This document shows positions 34,479 through 46,375 of a stretch of 64,000 nucleotides of DNA, one piece after another. This DNA is from the human T2T-CHM13v2.0 reference genome, Homo sapiens. The DNA lies in the NCBI RefSeq assembly GCF_009914755.1, contig NC_060940.1. One strand, 5' to 3'. The translations under genes and the position numbers were made by a program. The notes below the pieces were generated by a model that had not been told where the DNA came from, did no database searches, and saw nothing but the letters and a program-made list of their open reading frames with translations. Positions within the stretch are counted from its first letter, which is position 1. Each line of letters starts with the position of its first letter.

Positions 34479-35355
34479 TTTTGCCCCCGCTGCCGCGGCT
34501 TTTTGCTTCCGCCGCCGCGGCTTTTTGCCCGCGACTCCGCGGCTTTTTGCCGCCGCCTCCGCGGCTTTTCCCCCGCGACTCCGCGGCTTTTTGCCGCCGC
34601 CTCCGCGGCTTTTTCCCCCCTCTGCCGCGGCTTTTTGTGGTTTTTTGCCCCTGCTCCCGCTGATTTTTCCCCCGCTGCCGGGGCTTTTTGCATCTTTTTG
34701 CCCCCCGCTGCTGTGGCTTTTTGCCACCGTGGCTTTTTGCCGCCGCGGCTTTTTGCCCCAGCCTTTGCTGCTTTTTGATATCGCGGCTTTTTGTCCCCTA
34801 AGCCACGGCTTTTTGCTCTCGCTGCCGCGGCTTTTTGAGGCTTTTTGCCCCCGCCGCCACAGTTTTTGCATCTTTTTTCCCCCGCCGCCGCGGCTTTTTG
34901 CCCCCGCCGCCACGGATTTTGCCGCCGCGGCTTTTTGCCACCGTTGCTTTTTGCCCCCGCCGCCGCGGCTTCTTCCCCGCCGCCGCGGCTTTTTGCGGCT
35001 TTTTCCCCCGCTGGCCCGGCTTTTTGCGTCTTTTTGCCCCCGCTGCCGCTGCTTTTTGCGGCTTTTTGCCCTCGCCGCTACGGCTTTTTGCCATCGCGGC
35101 TTTTTGCCCTCGCTGCTGCAGCTTTTTGCGGCTCTTTGCCCCCGCCGCCGCGGTTTTTTGCATCTTTTTTCCCACGCCTTGGCGGCTTTTTGCCCCCGCC
35201 GGCCGGCTTTTTGCCCCCGCCGATGCGGCTTTTTGCCCCCGCCGGCTGGCTTTTTGCCTCCGCCGGCCCGGCTTTTTGCCCCCACCGCCACTGCTTTTTG
35301 TGCCCACTGACGGGGCTTTATTCCACCGCGGCTTTTTGCCCCAGCCGCCGCGGCT
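34479..35355. repeat. GC/CpG-rich tandem repeat (GCCGCCGCGGCTTTTTGCCCCC)n; reverse strand CAAAAAGCCGCGG
   Basis: ~22-bp unit with ~10-11-bp subunits; dozens of GCGGCTTTTT cores; resembles the CAAAAAGCGGG-type repeats reported at pericentromeric duplication junctions. Confidence 0.92.
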
Positions 35356-35505
35356 CTGAGGGCGGGAAGGGCAGACTCGGCTGCCAGCTCTACTGGCGTC
35401 CTGGCAATGGTAGAGCTGAGGGGCACTCCTGGTCCAGCTCTCCCGGCTCGGGGCTTCCTTGCCTAGGCGCCCGAGCCCCGGGCTCCCTACCTTGGCCGCT
35501 GAGGC

Positions 35506-35735
35506 CTGCATAGAGCGGCGCTGTGCGCGGAGCGATGGGAGAGAAGAAGTAGGGCAGTGGCGGGGGTGATACGAAGGCCTCGGAGGGTGGCGCAGGGGCC
35601 GCGGCCAGCTGGGCGCTGCAGCAGTGGGGGCAGCTCCAAAAGCTCATCGGCATCTCCATTGGCAGCCTGCACAGGCTGTGCACCAAGTGCACTGTGTCCA
35701 ACGACCTCACCCAGCAGGAGATACAGACCCTGGAG
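35506..35735 (+). pseudogene. KSR1: Unprocessed KSR1 exon-1 pseudogene fragment (N-terminal CA1/CC-SAM region)
   Basis: 35535-35735 translates [66 protein letters not shown]; recalled KSR1 reads [67 protein letters not shown]. Upstream LHRAALCA matches MDRAALRA. Match ends at a donor-like GAG|ATAAG. Confidence 0.93.
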
Positions 35736-35875
35736 ATAAGGGGTTTGGGGACCTGGGCTGGGCTCTAGGAGCGGCCCAGACACCACCCTCAGGGCCCCAG
35801 TTCACTCCTGGCCGAGTTGCATCCTTGAGCCCGCGTCACACCCTTGGAGACTTTCCCTCCCTCCTGCACTCGCTG

Positions 35876-38524
35876 ATGCGGCAGCTGGAGGACCCGGGAC
35901 CAGCCCTCACCTTGGGCAGGATTTGTGGGGCGGGTGCATGGTGGGAACTGGGATGGAGGCTCCAGGGTCCTGTGGAGGGGTTTGGCTGCGCGTGGACATC
36001 CCCTTACCCCCAGAATTTCCATCTGGTCCAGCCCTCTCATCTTGTAGGTGAGGAAACTGAAGGCCTGAGTGAGAACTGACTTGCCAGGAACCGCTGTTAA
36101 GGAGAATTAACAAAGTGTGGTTATTAAAGGAGAACTGAGTTGGGAGTCAGACCTGGAGGCCCGCACCCTTGGTTAAGACATTATACGACTTTGAGTCTGG
36201 CCTGTTGACTGAGGCTGAGCCACTCCATCCTCGTCTGATTGTGGGGGTCTTAACCTCAAGGGGTTTCCTGCAGGAAGAAGCAGATGGGTTTGCTTTCCTA
36301 GCTCTGTCCAGTACCTTAGGGACCCTGAGGACTGAAGAGATTCTTGGAGAGCCATCTGGTGTATGTCATGGGTGGGCCTTTTTTGAAGGTCAGTCTGCCC
36401 AGTGGGCTGGCTCAGCCTGAATGAACTCTCTTGAATCTTTGGAGTTGTCTGTGTACTTTTAAGGGCTTCTCATCCTTGCACCAAAAGATCCCCTGGAAAT
36501 TAGTTGAGAAAACCTTAACTTTCATGGGGCCTTGTGTTTGTCTTAAAAGTTCATGCACATGGCCAGGTGTGGTGGCTCACACCTGTTACCCTGTCCTGGA
36601 TCCCTTGAGTCAAGGAGTTTGAGACCAACCTGGACAACATAATGAGACCACGTCTCTATGAAAAATAAAATATTATCCAGAGGTGGTTGTGCGCATCTGT
36701 AGTCCCAGCTACGACTGTGGCTGAGGTGGGCGGAGCACTTGAGCCTGCACTGAGCTGTGATCTCACCAGTGTACTCCAGCCTGGGCCACTGAGCAAGAAC
36801 TTGACTCAAAAAAAAAACAAAAAAAACAAAAAAAACAAAAATATTCTTGAAGATTTTGCATTCTGTCCCACTATCCATTGGTTTTCATGTCAAGATAATG
36901 TCAGAAATTCTTTACAATTGCTTCCAGAAGGAGTAGCCTTTTGATCTAGTGCACAGGTGTCCAGTCTTTTGGCTTCTCAGGGCCACATTGGAAGAAGAAT
37001 GCTCCTGGGCCACACAAAAAGTTCCCTAATGCTAACAACAGCTGATGAGCTTAAAAAAAAGGTTTATGCATAATTTTCATGATACCCACCACCACAGATA
37101 GGCGGAAAAGTCCTTTTAGTCAAAGGGTTGGACACGGCTGATCTAGTGTCTTGTCATCCGTTTTGGCTTTCTCCCTGATTCCAGAATGCAGGTAGAGATG
37201 TAGAGACATGCTCTCAGGACAGCTATTGAGATAAAAAAATTCGTTGTCATTTATTCCCAAGCACAGCTGTTTGTCATCTGCATTGAAAAACTCTCCATTC
37301 AAACTGCTGTCACATATAAAACCTATTTATGTAAGTCTGTATTTTTCTGTTTTCTTGGCCTTTGTGGGCAGTAGTGTGTTTTAACCGAGCAAACTGTCCT
37401 TCAAATAATGAAGCCGAAGTCAGCCTACCTGCTTGCCATGTTTCTTCCCCTTTCATTTTTCTAACCTCAGGATAATTGTAAGAATGAATTAAGATTTGTG
37501 TTTAAGGCCGGGCACAGTGTCTCAGGCCTGTAATCTCAGCACTCTGGGAGGCAGAGACGGATGTATCGCTTGAGCTCAGGAGTTCAAGACCAGCCTGGGC
37601 AACATATTGAGACTCTGTCTTGTATAATTAAATTAAAATTTAAAAAAAAAAAGAGGAAAAGACCTGTGTTTCAAATTTAAGAAAAGGGGGGAAGCGTAAT
37701 GCAAAATGCGGACTATGCCAGCTATGATTGGGAAAAATAATTTTTCCTACAGCATTATCTGTAGACTTGTATTAGCAGCATACTGGTCATAAGCGTTTTG
37801 CTTTCCTCAAATATGATGAGGTAAGCTACTTTAATGTGTGGTGGGGCTTTCTTCCACGTGGCTCCTGGAGGTGTTCAGTCCCAATTTAGCCAAATAATTA
37901 GGGTTTAGTTTTGATATGTATAAGGGAGACGAGCTTCATTCATGGTGCACACACAGTTTTGCCAGTAAGGATAAAAAAAAGCAACCTGAATGTTTCCACT
38001 CATTAGATGCTATCTGGAGAGCTCCTACCCCACCCCCACCAAGGCCTGGGCCCTTAAAAAGGCTCAGTGCAGCCTTTCTGTATCTCATACTGTATTCTGC
38101 AAGATGCTCCTGTGAAAGAAAGTTGTGCTGCATCAGCCATCTCCCTCCTGAAGATCCCTGCGGATGAGGATTGGTGTTTTGAAGGTTCTGAGAAGACTGC
38201 AACAACAGTTCTCAAATTTATTTGTTCAGGGGATCTTTTCTTCCACTGAAAGTATTTGGGGAGACATGGCCTTAAGCCTTGAGCAGAGAAAGAGACAAGA
38301 AACTGTTGCCTCACTTACAACCAAGTGTTGTGTTTATGTTTTAGGTTTTTATGAAACTGAGGTGCTGTTTGAGGTTCTAAATGAAATTGGGTGGTTGAAG
38401 AGAGGCTGGTATCCCTGTAGACTTAGCCAGCCATGAGAGGTTGCTTTTTGTTGAAGGAGGTGTTTTACAAAGGGAAATAGGGTGTCTCCTGGGCATCGCA
38501 TTAGCACTTAAATACATGTATCAC
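35876..38524 (+). repeat. Segmental duplication copy B (presumed KSR1 intron 1), paralog of 1-2644
   Basis: Direct colinearity with window 1-2644; includes Alu 36561-36840, MER30 36952-37140 (perfect TSD ATCTAGTG) and FLAM 37506-37650. Confidence 0.95.
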
Positions 38525-39835
38525 TGAAATGTAATGAAATTATGAAAAGACGAAATGAAATGAAATGATGAAATGAAATGATGAAATGATGAAACGACTG
38601 ATGAAATGAAGAAATGAAATGATGAAATGGTGAAATGAAATGAAATGATGAAATGAAGTGAAATGATGAAATGAAATGGTAAAATGAAGAAATGATGTGA
38701 AATGATGAAGTGAAATAATGAAATGATGAAATGATGAAATGAGGAAATGAAATGATGAATTGATGAAATGAAATGAATGACGAGATGAAAAGATGAAATG
38801 AAATGAAATAATGAAATGAGGAGATGAAAAGTTGAATTGATGAGATGAAATGAAGTCATGAGGTGAAATGATGAGATGAAATGAAATCATGAGATGAAAT
38901 GATGAAATGATGAGATGAAGTGAAATGATGAAATGAAATGATGAGATGAAGTGAAATGAAATAAGGAAATGAAAGGATGAAATGATGAGATGAAATGAAA
39001 TGATGAAATGGAATGATGAAATGAAATGATGAAATGATGAAATGGTGAAATGAAATGAGGAAATGAAATGAAATGATGAAATGAAATGATGAAGTAAAAT
39101 GATGAAATGAAATGATGAAATGATAAAATGAAATGAAAAGTTCAAATGATAAAATGAAAAAATGATATGAAATGATGAAATGAAATCAAATGATGAAATG
39201 AAGTGAAATGATTAAATGATGAAATAATGAAATGAAATGAAATGATGAAATGATGGCGATGAAATGAAATGATCAAATGAAATGACGAGATAAAAGATGA
39301 AATGAAATGAAATGATGAAATGAATGATGAGATTAAAAGATGAAATGAAATGAGATGAAATGAAATCATGAGATGAAATGAAATCATGAGATGAAATAAT
39401 GAAAAGATGAGATGAAGTGAAATGATGAAATGAAATGATGAAATGATGAAATGCAAACGATGAGATGAAATGATGAGGTGAAATGATGAAATGATTAAAT
39501 GAAAAGATGAAATGATGAAATGATATAAAATGATGAAATGAAGTCAAATGAAATGATGAAACGAGATGATGAAATGATGAAATAAATGAAATGAAATGAT
39601 GAATTGATGAAAGGAAATGACGAGATGAAAAGATGAAATGAAATGATGAGAGGAAGTGAAATGATGAGATGAAGTGAAATGATGAAATGAAATGTTGAGA
39701 TGAAATGATGTAACGGAATGATGAAATGAAGTGATGAGATGAAATGATGAGATGAAATGAAATGATGAAATGAAAAGATGAAATGAAATGAAATGATGAA
39801 ATGAGGAAATGAAATGAAATGATGAAATAGATGAA
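38525..39835. repeat. (GAAAT)/(GAAATGAT) simple satellite, copy B (~1.3 kb)
   Basis: Same pentamer+triplet composition and same left junction (TATCACTGAAAT) as 2645-3050. Confidence 0.95.
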
Positions 39836-39928
39836 CCAAAAATACTTATTCATTTTTTTCTTGGCATCCTTCTAAGAGTATTTTAGTGAGGTTAATTTCT
39901 AAAAACAAATTGCTATTCAATGGCTATA

Positions 39929-40303
39929 CAAATGGCCTTTGCACCACAGGGGTTTGAACTGTGCAGGTCCACTTAGCAAAACCAACAATTCTACATCCTT
40001 CTCCACACCCTGCCCATGAAAAGGATGAGGATGAAGACCTGTTTTATCATCTACTTCCATTTAATAACTAGTAAATATATTTTCCTTCTGATTTTCTTTT
40101 TCTTTTCTCTGGCATGTTTGTTAAGAATACAGTATATAAGACATATAACATATTAAATATGGGTTAATTGAGTGTTTGTGTTATTTGTAAGGCTTACAGT
40201 AGGCTATTAGTAGTTAAGTTTTGGGGGTGTCAAAGTTATAGTGAATTTTCTACTGTGCAGTGGGGCCAGCACCCCAACCTCCATGTTGCTTAAGGGTCAA
40301 CTG
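39929..40303 (+). mobile_element. Tigger2a/MER28-like TcMar DNA transposon
   Basis: TA|CAAATGGCCTTTG..GGGTTTGAACTGTGCAGGTCCACTTA..GGATGAGGATGAAGACC..AGGCTATTAGTAGTTAAGTTTTGGGGG..AAGGGTCAACTG|TA; TA TSD and TIR. Confidence 0.85.
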
Positions 40304-42132
40304 TACATGTTATTTCCTTTCCTGTAAGAGAAAAATGAGGAGAAGTTCTTTTCTCCAATAAGTGTATTCAAAATGTAGCAGACCTGAAATGTGTTGGCGC
40401 CACCATTTTGCGTCTCACTTTGAAAACTCATTATTAAAAATCGTACTAAAGCCTACCTTACTTTTCCAACCTTAGAAAAAATGTTACAAAGAAAAGGGGT
40501 GAAACCATGCTAGTTTGCACTGAAATTTGAAATTATCTTTTAAAAATATATTTTTACTTTAATTACTTCCAAAATAGAGATCAGTTGCAAACAAATGGCA
40601 GGTCACTCTAATCCACCCTATGACTGCACCTAGATTCATGAGGAATTGTGCCATCTAGAAAGGGCAGAGAAGAGGAATGGAGTGCTCTGCATCTTGAAAT
40701 ATAAACATGCACATAGCCAAGTGCTTTGATTCTCTTATCACTGTGTACTTAATGCTAGGAAGAGGGCATGTTTGTGTATTTTTATGCTAATTATTATCCA
40801 AGTTGTTAATGATTTAGGCTTTCAGAACCATATAAAGATTTTTTTCTTTCAGATATAAACTATCTTGCATTGTTCTTCTGATCATATGAGGGATAAATTT
40901 GCCTAAATATTCTTCAGACCATAATATGATGTCCATATAAATGCCAGTAGCAAGAGTAGAATCAACCACAACTGCCTTTGTAATTATGTAAGGCATGTGT
41001 GCCTATAAGTAATTGGCATTTTATATAATCAAGAATCTTTGATATACTAATCTCTCAACTATTTGAAACATGGCTCACATATATTAATTTTATATGCAAA
41101 TATGTATATAACATCACTGTATATGAAACTAAATTTTGGACTTTAGAACAGCTTCTTAGAATCTTGACTTAAATGTCCACAGTAATATTTGACTTAAAAA
41201 AATTTAGCACACTGTCACTATGATGAAAAAAATACTATAAAATTATTTAAAAAATTTTTCCACCCTAACATTTAGAACATTCTCACATTTGTGGTTAAAA
41301 CCTATTGTGATTGTTCTTAGAATTTAGATAAAAAATGTTCCAGAAAGTTTGAAGAGAAGCACTTTAGTCAATTTTTATTTGTTCAAGCATGAAGAAATGG
41401 AATTTCATTGACATTTTAAAAACTATTCAGATTCCCTCTTTGAATTGAAGTGTTTCAAAGATATCTTATTTTAAAATACCACAATAGGAATAGAATATGA
41501 AGGGCTGGTTATGAGTAATATGATACACTTTTATGAGAGGATGAGATTACAATAACAATACCTCCTCTCATAGAATAGCCAGCAAGTCTCCACTAAATAA
41601 GAGTGCCTTGATTTTATAGATGTTTAATCATGGATACTGAGCAAATGTGAACCATTGATAGACACAGGAGTTTATTAAGGAATTATGTAATATCTTTCAA
41701 GTATTTAGAATAGTGTTCAAATTAAGCCTGAATCCCCACGATTTTCAGAGTTGATGATGCCTAATAAACTCAACCCCTTGTATGCCAAAATTGGCTTAAG
41801 GCCCACCCGTTACCCAAGCTACACTTCAAGTATCAAAGTTCAAAAATGTAATTTTAAATATGCAAGAGTTTGAGGAATTCGCTACTCACACTTTCTTGAA
41901 CAGTCTATCCAAGTGCATCAAGCAAGATGTGAGTAAAGAAATTTTGACCAAAGGATTGATAGTAATGTTGAATACATTTAATAGTAGATCTAAGATTAAA
42001 AGGTGAGAGTGAGGGTGAGAAGAATGTATGAATGCTTTGTGTTCTGACAAAGAGAATGTAGCACCCATGTCCTACCTGCTTGGTTGCATTGCCAGTGCCC
42101 ACAGTAGGCTATTTTATCCAGGTTTTTAGTTT

Positions 42133-42165
<33 letters not shown>

Positions 42166-42451
42166 CAGGAGAGTTAGTCCAAGACCAATAACTCCATAAC
42201 TGGTAGAATTGGAAGACGTTAATAGTGCTTAACATTTTGTACATAGCTTTATAACAGTTTTCTTTTTCTTTTTTTCTGAGAGATTCTTTTCAATATACCC
42301 CATCATGGTTGAACTCAAAGTCATTGCTTATTTAAAATCTACAACTGCTGACGTTTTGTAACCTTCGCATTCCAGGTAATTGGTTTTTTGTGCGTTTTCT
42401 GTATTTTTCTTCATCACTCTACCTAGATATTTGTTAGATTTAATATTTTAA

Positions 42452-42839
<388 letters not shown>

Positions 42840-44010
42840 ATTTCATTCTTTATGTTTATTTTACTGGTTTTATCTCTCTCTCTCTCTCACTGTTTCTCTC
42901 CTTCTCACATTCACTTTGCAGTTGTCAAATAGCCCAGGTGATGTTACAGATTTACTCCTTATAAAAGGAGGCATTACACATTACACATGCATCTTAGTGG
43001 CCTTACAAAAGTGTTTGGTTCATTTGTATTGACTTTAAAATATTTCAATATTCATTAAAATAGCTTCGAACCAATATTATTAGACCTACGTTTCTAGCTT
43101 TCTTTTTTGTATTGTTATCTACCTTCATTGCTGTTTAAGAAATATATTCTGTGTCACGTTATTTCCGTGAAAATTGTTTGAATTTGTGGTATGGTCTAGA
43201 AAATGTTAATTTTTGTAAGTATTCTGTATGAACATGAAAATAACATGAATTATAATATTCATGTTTCTTATATAACATTTGCCCTTTTTAAAATCCACTA
43301 GCTTTTTTTAAAACTTACTCTTTTAATTTTTTCTTTTATGTATTACTGAAAGATGTGTTTGAAATGTCTATAATGATTTGAGAGCTTATTCATTTCTACT
43401 TACTTTCTGATATTTTTGCTTTATATAATTTGACTCTCTCTCTAAATACGTGTGTGCGTGTGTGTGAGAGAGTGTGTGGTGTGTGTGCATATATGTATAT
43501 ATGTATCAGGCTAATGCACATTTAAGTCATCACATCTTCTTAATAACTTAAAACTTTTGTCACACTGGTTAGACTAACTTATTTTAATAAATGTTTCTAA
43601 CTTACATTCTATTTTGTCTATATAGCAAGTTTTAAAAAATATTCATGTAGTATGTTTGTATGTATATCATATATACGCAGTATCTGTATTGTTTGAACTT
43701 CAAAGTTTCTGTAAATTTATATATTAGTTGCCTCTCTTGTAATTATGATAGAGATTTTTTTTTAATTTTGCCAATCTTTGTATTTTAACAAAAACATTGT
43801 CTACTTAGGTTTAAGTTAATCTTTGATCATTTATACTTAATTCGTTTTATTAATTTGTTGCATATATATATATATATATATATAATGTCTCATTTCTCCT
43901 ATCAGTTTCTGTCTTCTTGTTTTTAAATTATGACTTTTATTTTTATTGTTTTCAAAAATAACAACAGAGAAATGCATAATGTCCAGTGAATTTATTAAAA
44001 TTCCAAAGTC

Positions 44011-44312
<302 letters not shown>

Positions 44313-46375
44313 AGAGTTGCAACGTCATACTCACCTTTCTGCTGTTGTCAGACAATTAAGGGGTCTTTGAATACTTCAGCCCTAATAATTTGCTTCCTAA
44401 CATACATATTGCAGTGCTTATCTAATTTTAAATATCTTTTTGTTTCAACACCTAATTTTTTCTTTAGATCTGTCTGTATGTTTACAATATATTTTGCTCT
44501 GTGTTCATACTTTGATTTCAGAACTTTAACTTTTCTGAAGCATGTTTTCAGAGTTTCTTTTTAGTTTCTTTAGTGGAATTCTGCTGGAGGCGTTTTGTTT
44601 TTTGTCTCTAAATATGTTATTTAGCCATAGGTTGATGAATATTTTTCTTGGTTTTGAATTTCAGAATGGCATTATTATTCTTAACAAACAAATAATATTG
44701 TTTATTTTACCTTTCATTCTTTCAGATTTCAATTTGATTAAAAGTAATTTGATTTTTCTAGTGCTAATTGAGATACTTTTCCCTTCCTGATTGTTTACTA
44801 TTTCTCTAGGAGATAGGTAGGTGTAGGTTTATCTCCATTGTAGCTTGCTTAGCATGCATGGAATTTTTGAATATGCAGATTAGTGTCTTACAAAAGTCTA
44901 GAGAACTTTCAGCCAAAATACCATCACATATTGTCCCTTCCCAGTTCCCTTCTTCTATGAGAACACTCACTAAACACATGCTACACTTTCTCACTGTATG
45001 TTCCATGTCTCTTCATGATTCTGTCTACATTGTGCCTTTATTTAAATTTTCTGTAATGCATTCTGAAATATTTATGAACTCTCACCATGGCCATGTCTAA
45101 TCTGATGAGTTCATTTTTGAGTTTTTAATTTAAAATACTATATTTTTATACAAACTACTTTTCAAATTTGCTACATCAATTTTTTAGTCTCCTAAAATAT
45201 ATTCTCTTTATTTTAAAATTTTTTAAAGCAAATGTGCTTTATAATCTAACAGTGATATTTCTACTAATGAACCTTTGTGGATCTGTTTGTACTCTTTTTC
45301 TGCTTTCCTTTCAAATGGTGGAATATCATTTCCTTGCGTACTTAGATGCCTTTGAATGACAAATATTTATTTTTCTCTGAAAATTATTTTTGTGCACTTT
45401 TGTGTATTAGTAAGAAGAAAACTTTCCAGAGAGAATTTGAATTTTTTTATGAGTCTACTAAAGGCACCACCATTCTGGGACCTCATTATGTTAATTCTTG
45501 GCCTAAAGGTGTTTGGACGTATGTTCGGACTGCATATCTAAACTATTTTTAAATTAATTGCTGTAAATCATTAATGATTGGGTTTCTTCAAATCTGTTCA
45601 ATCTCAAGACATTTTTATTTGCCATTTCCAGGGAATGTGAAATGGGATTAATTTACCTCTGATTCTTCTTTATACTGAGGATAGAAATTTTGGTCCTAGC
45701 TTTAGGGAGGAGCTCCTGTGTGATGCCTTATCTTGGGAAAAACTATGTTTTTCTTTACTGTCCTATGTGATGTATGACAGTAGGAATCTGCACTCATTCA
45801 TTTTGGTACATGTCCATAGGGCAAAATCAGTTTCGGTGTTTAGGTATATTTTGTCTGCTCGCTGCGTTCCCATGGTTTTGATATTATATTTTACTATTTT
45901 TTGTGAACATATCAATGCTTCAATTTTTTTCCAGTAATATAATCAACTATATTATGAGAAAGAAAAATTTTGATAAAACACAAATTTCATGTTTTCCTAC
46001 TCTAATTGACTTTTACATAAAAATACAGGTAAAGTTTATTTGTGCTTTTTTGATATTTCTGTTTTGCTATTCTCTGTTTGTCTATGTCTTCTCCACATAG
46101 ACACAATTAGGGAATTTTGTACACTCTTGTGAGAACAGCTTTGATATTAACAAAATGTATTTCTCGAACTCCTAGGTATAAAACTCAAGTATCTACAATT
46201 TAAATTCTTTTTCGCTCACTTCTATTATGTTTCCAGTCTCAGTAGAAATCTTTGCCCAACCAGGAATTCAAGCATTATTCTAATACTTCTCACACAACAC
46301 AGATACAGATTAAATTTTCTAGATCTTCCTAAATACTATCATTTTTCACTACTTGAATCTTAACTGTTAAGTTCA

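Noticed and set aside
34399-35513. Overlapping 200-316 aa Ala/Pro/Arg/Lys-rich ORFs on both strands
   Set aside because: Products of the GC-rich tandem repeat, open in most frames; the histone-H1-like composition is coincidental
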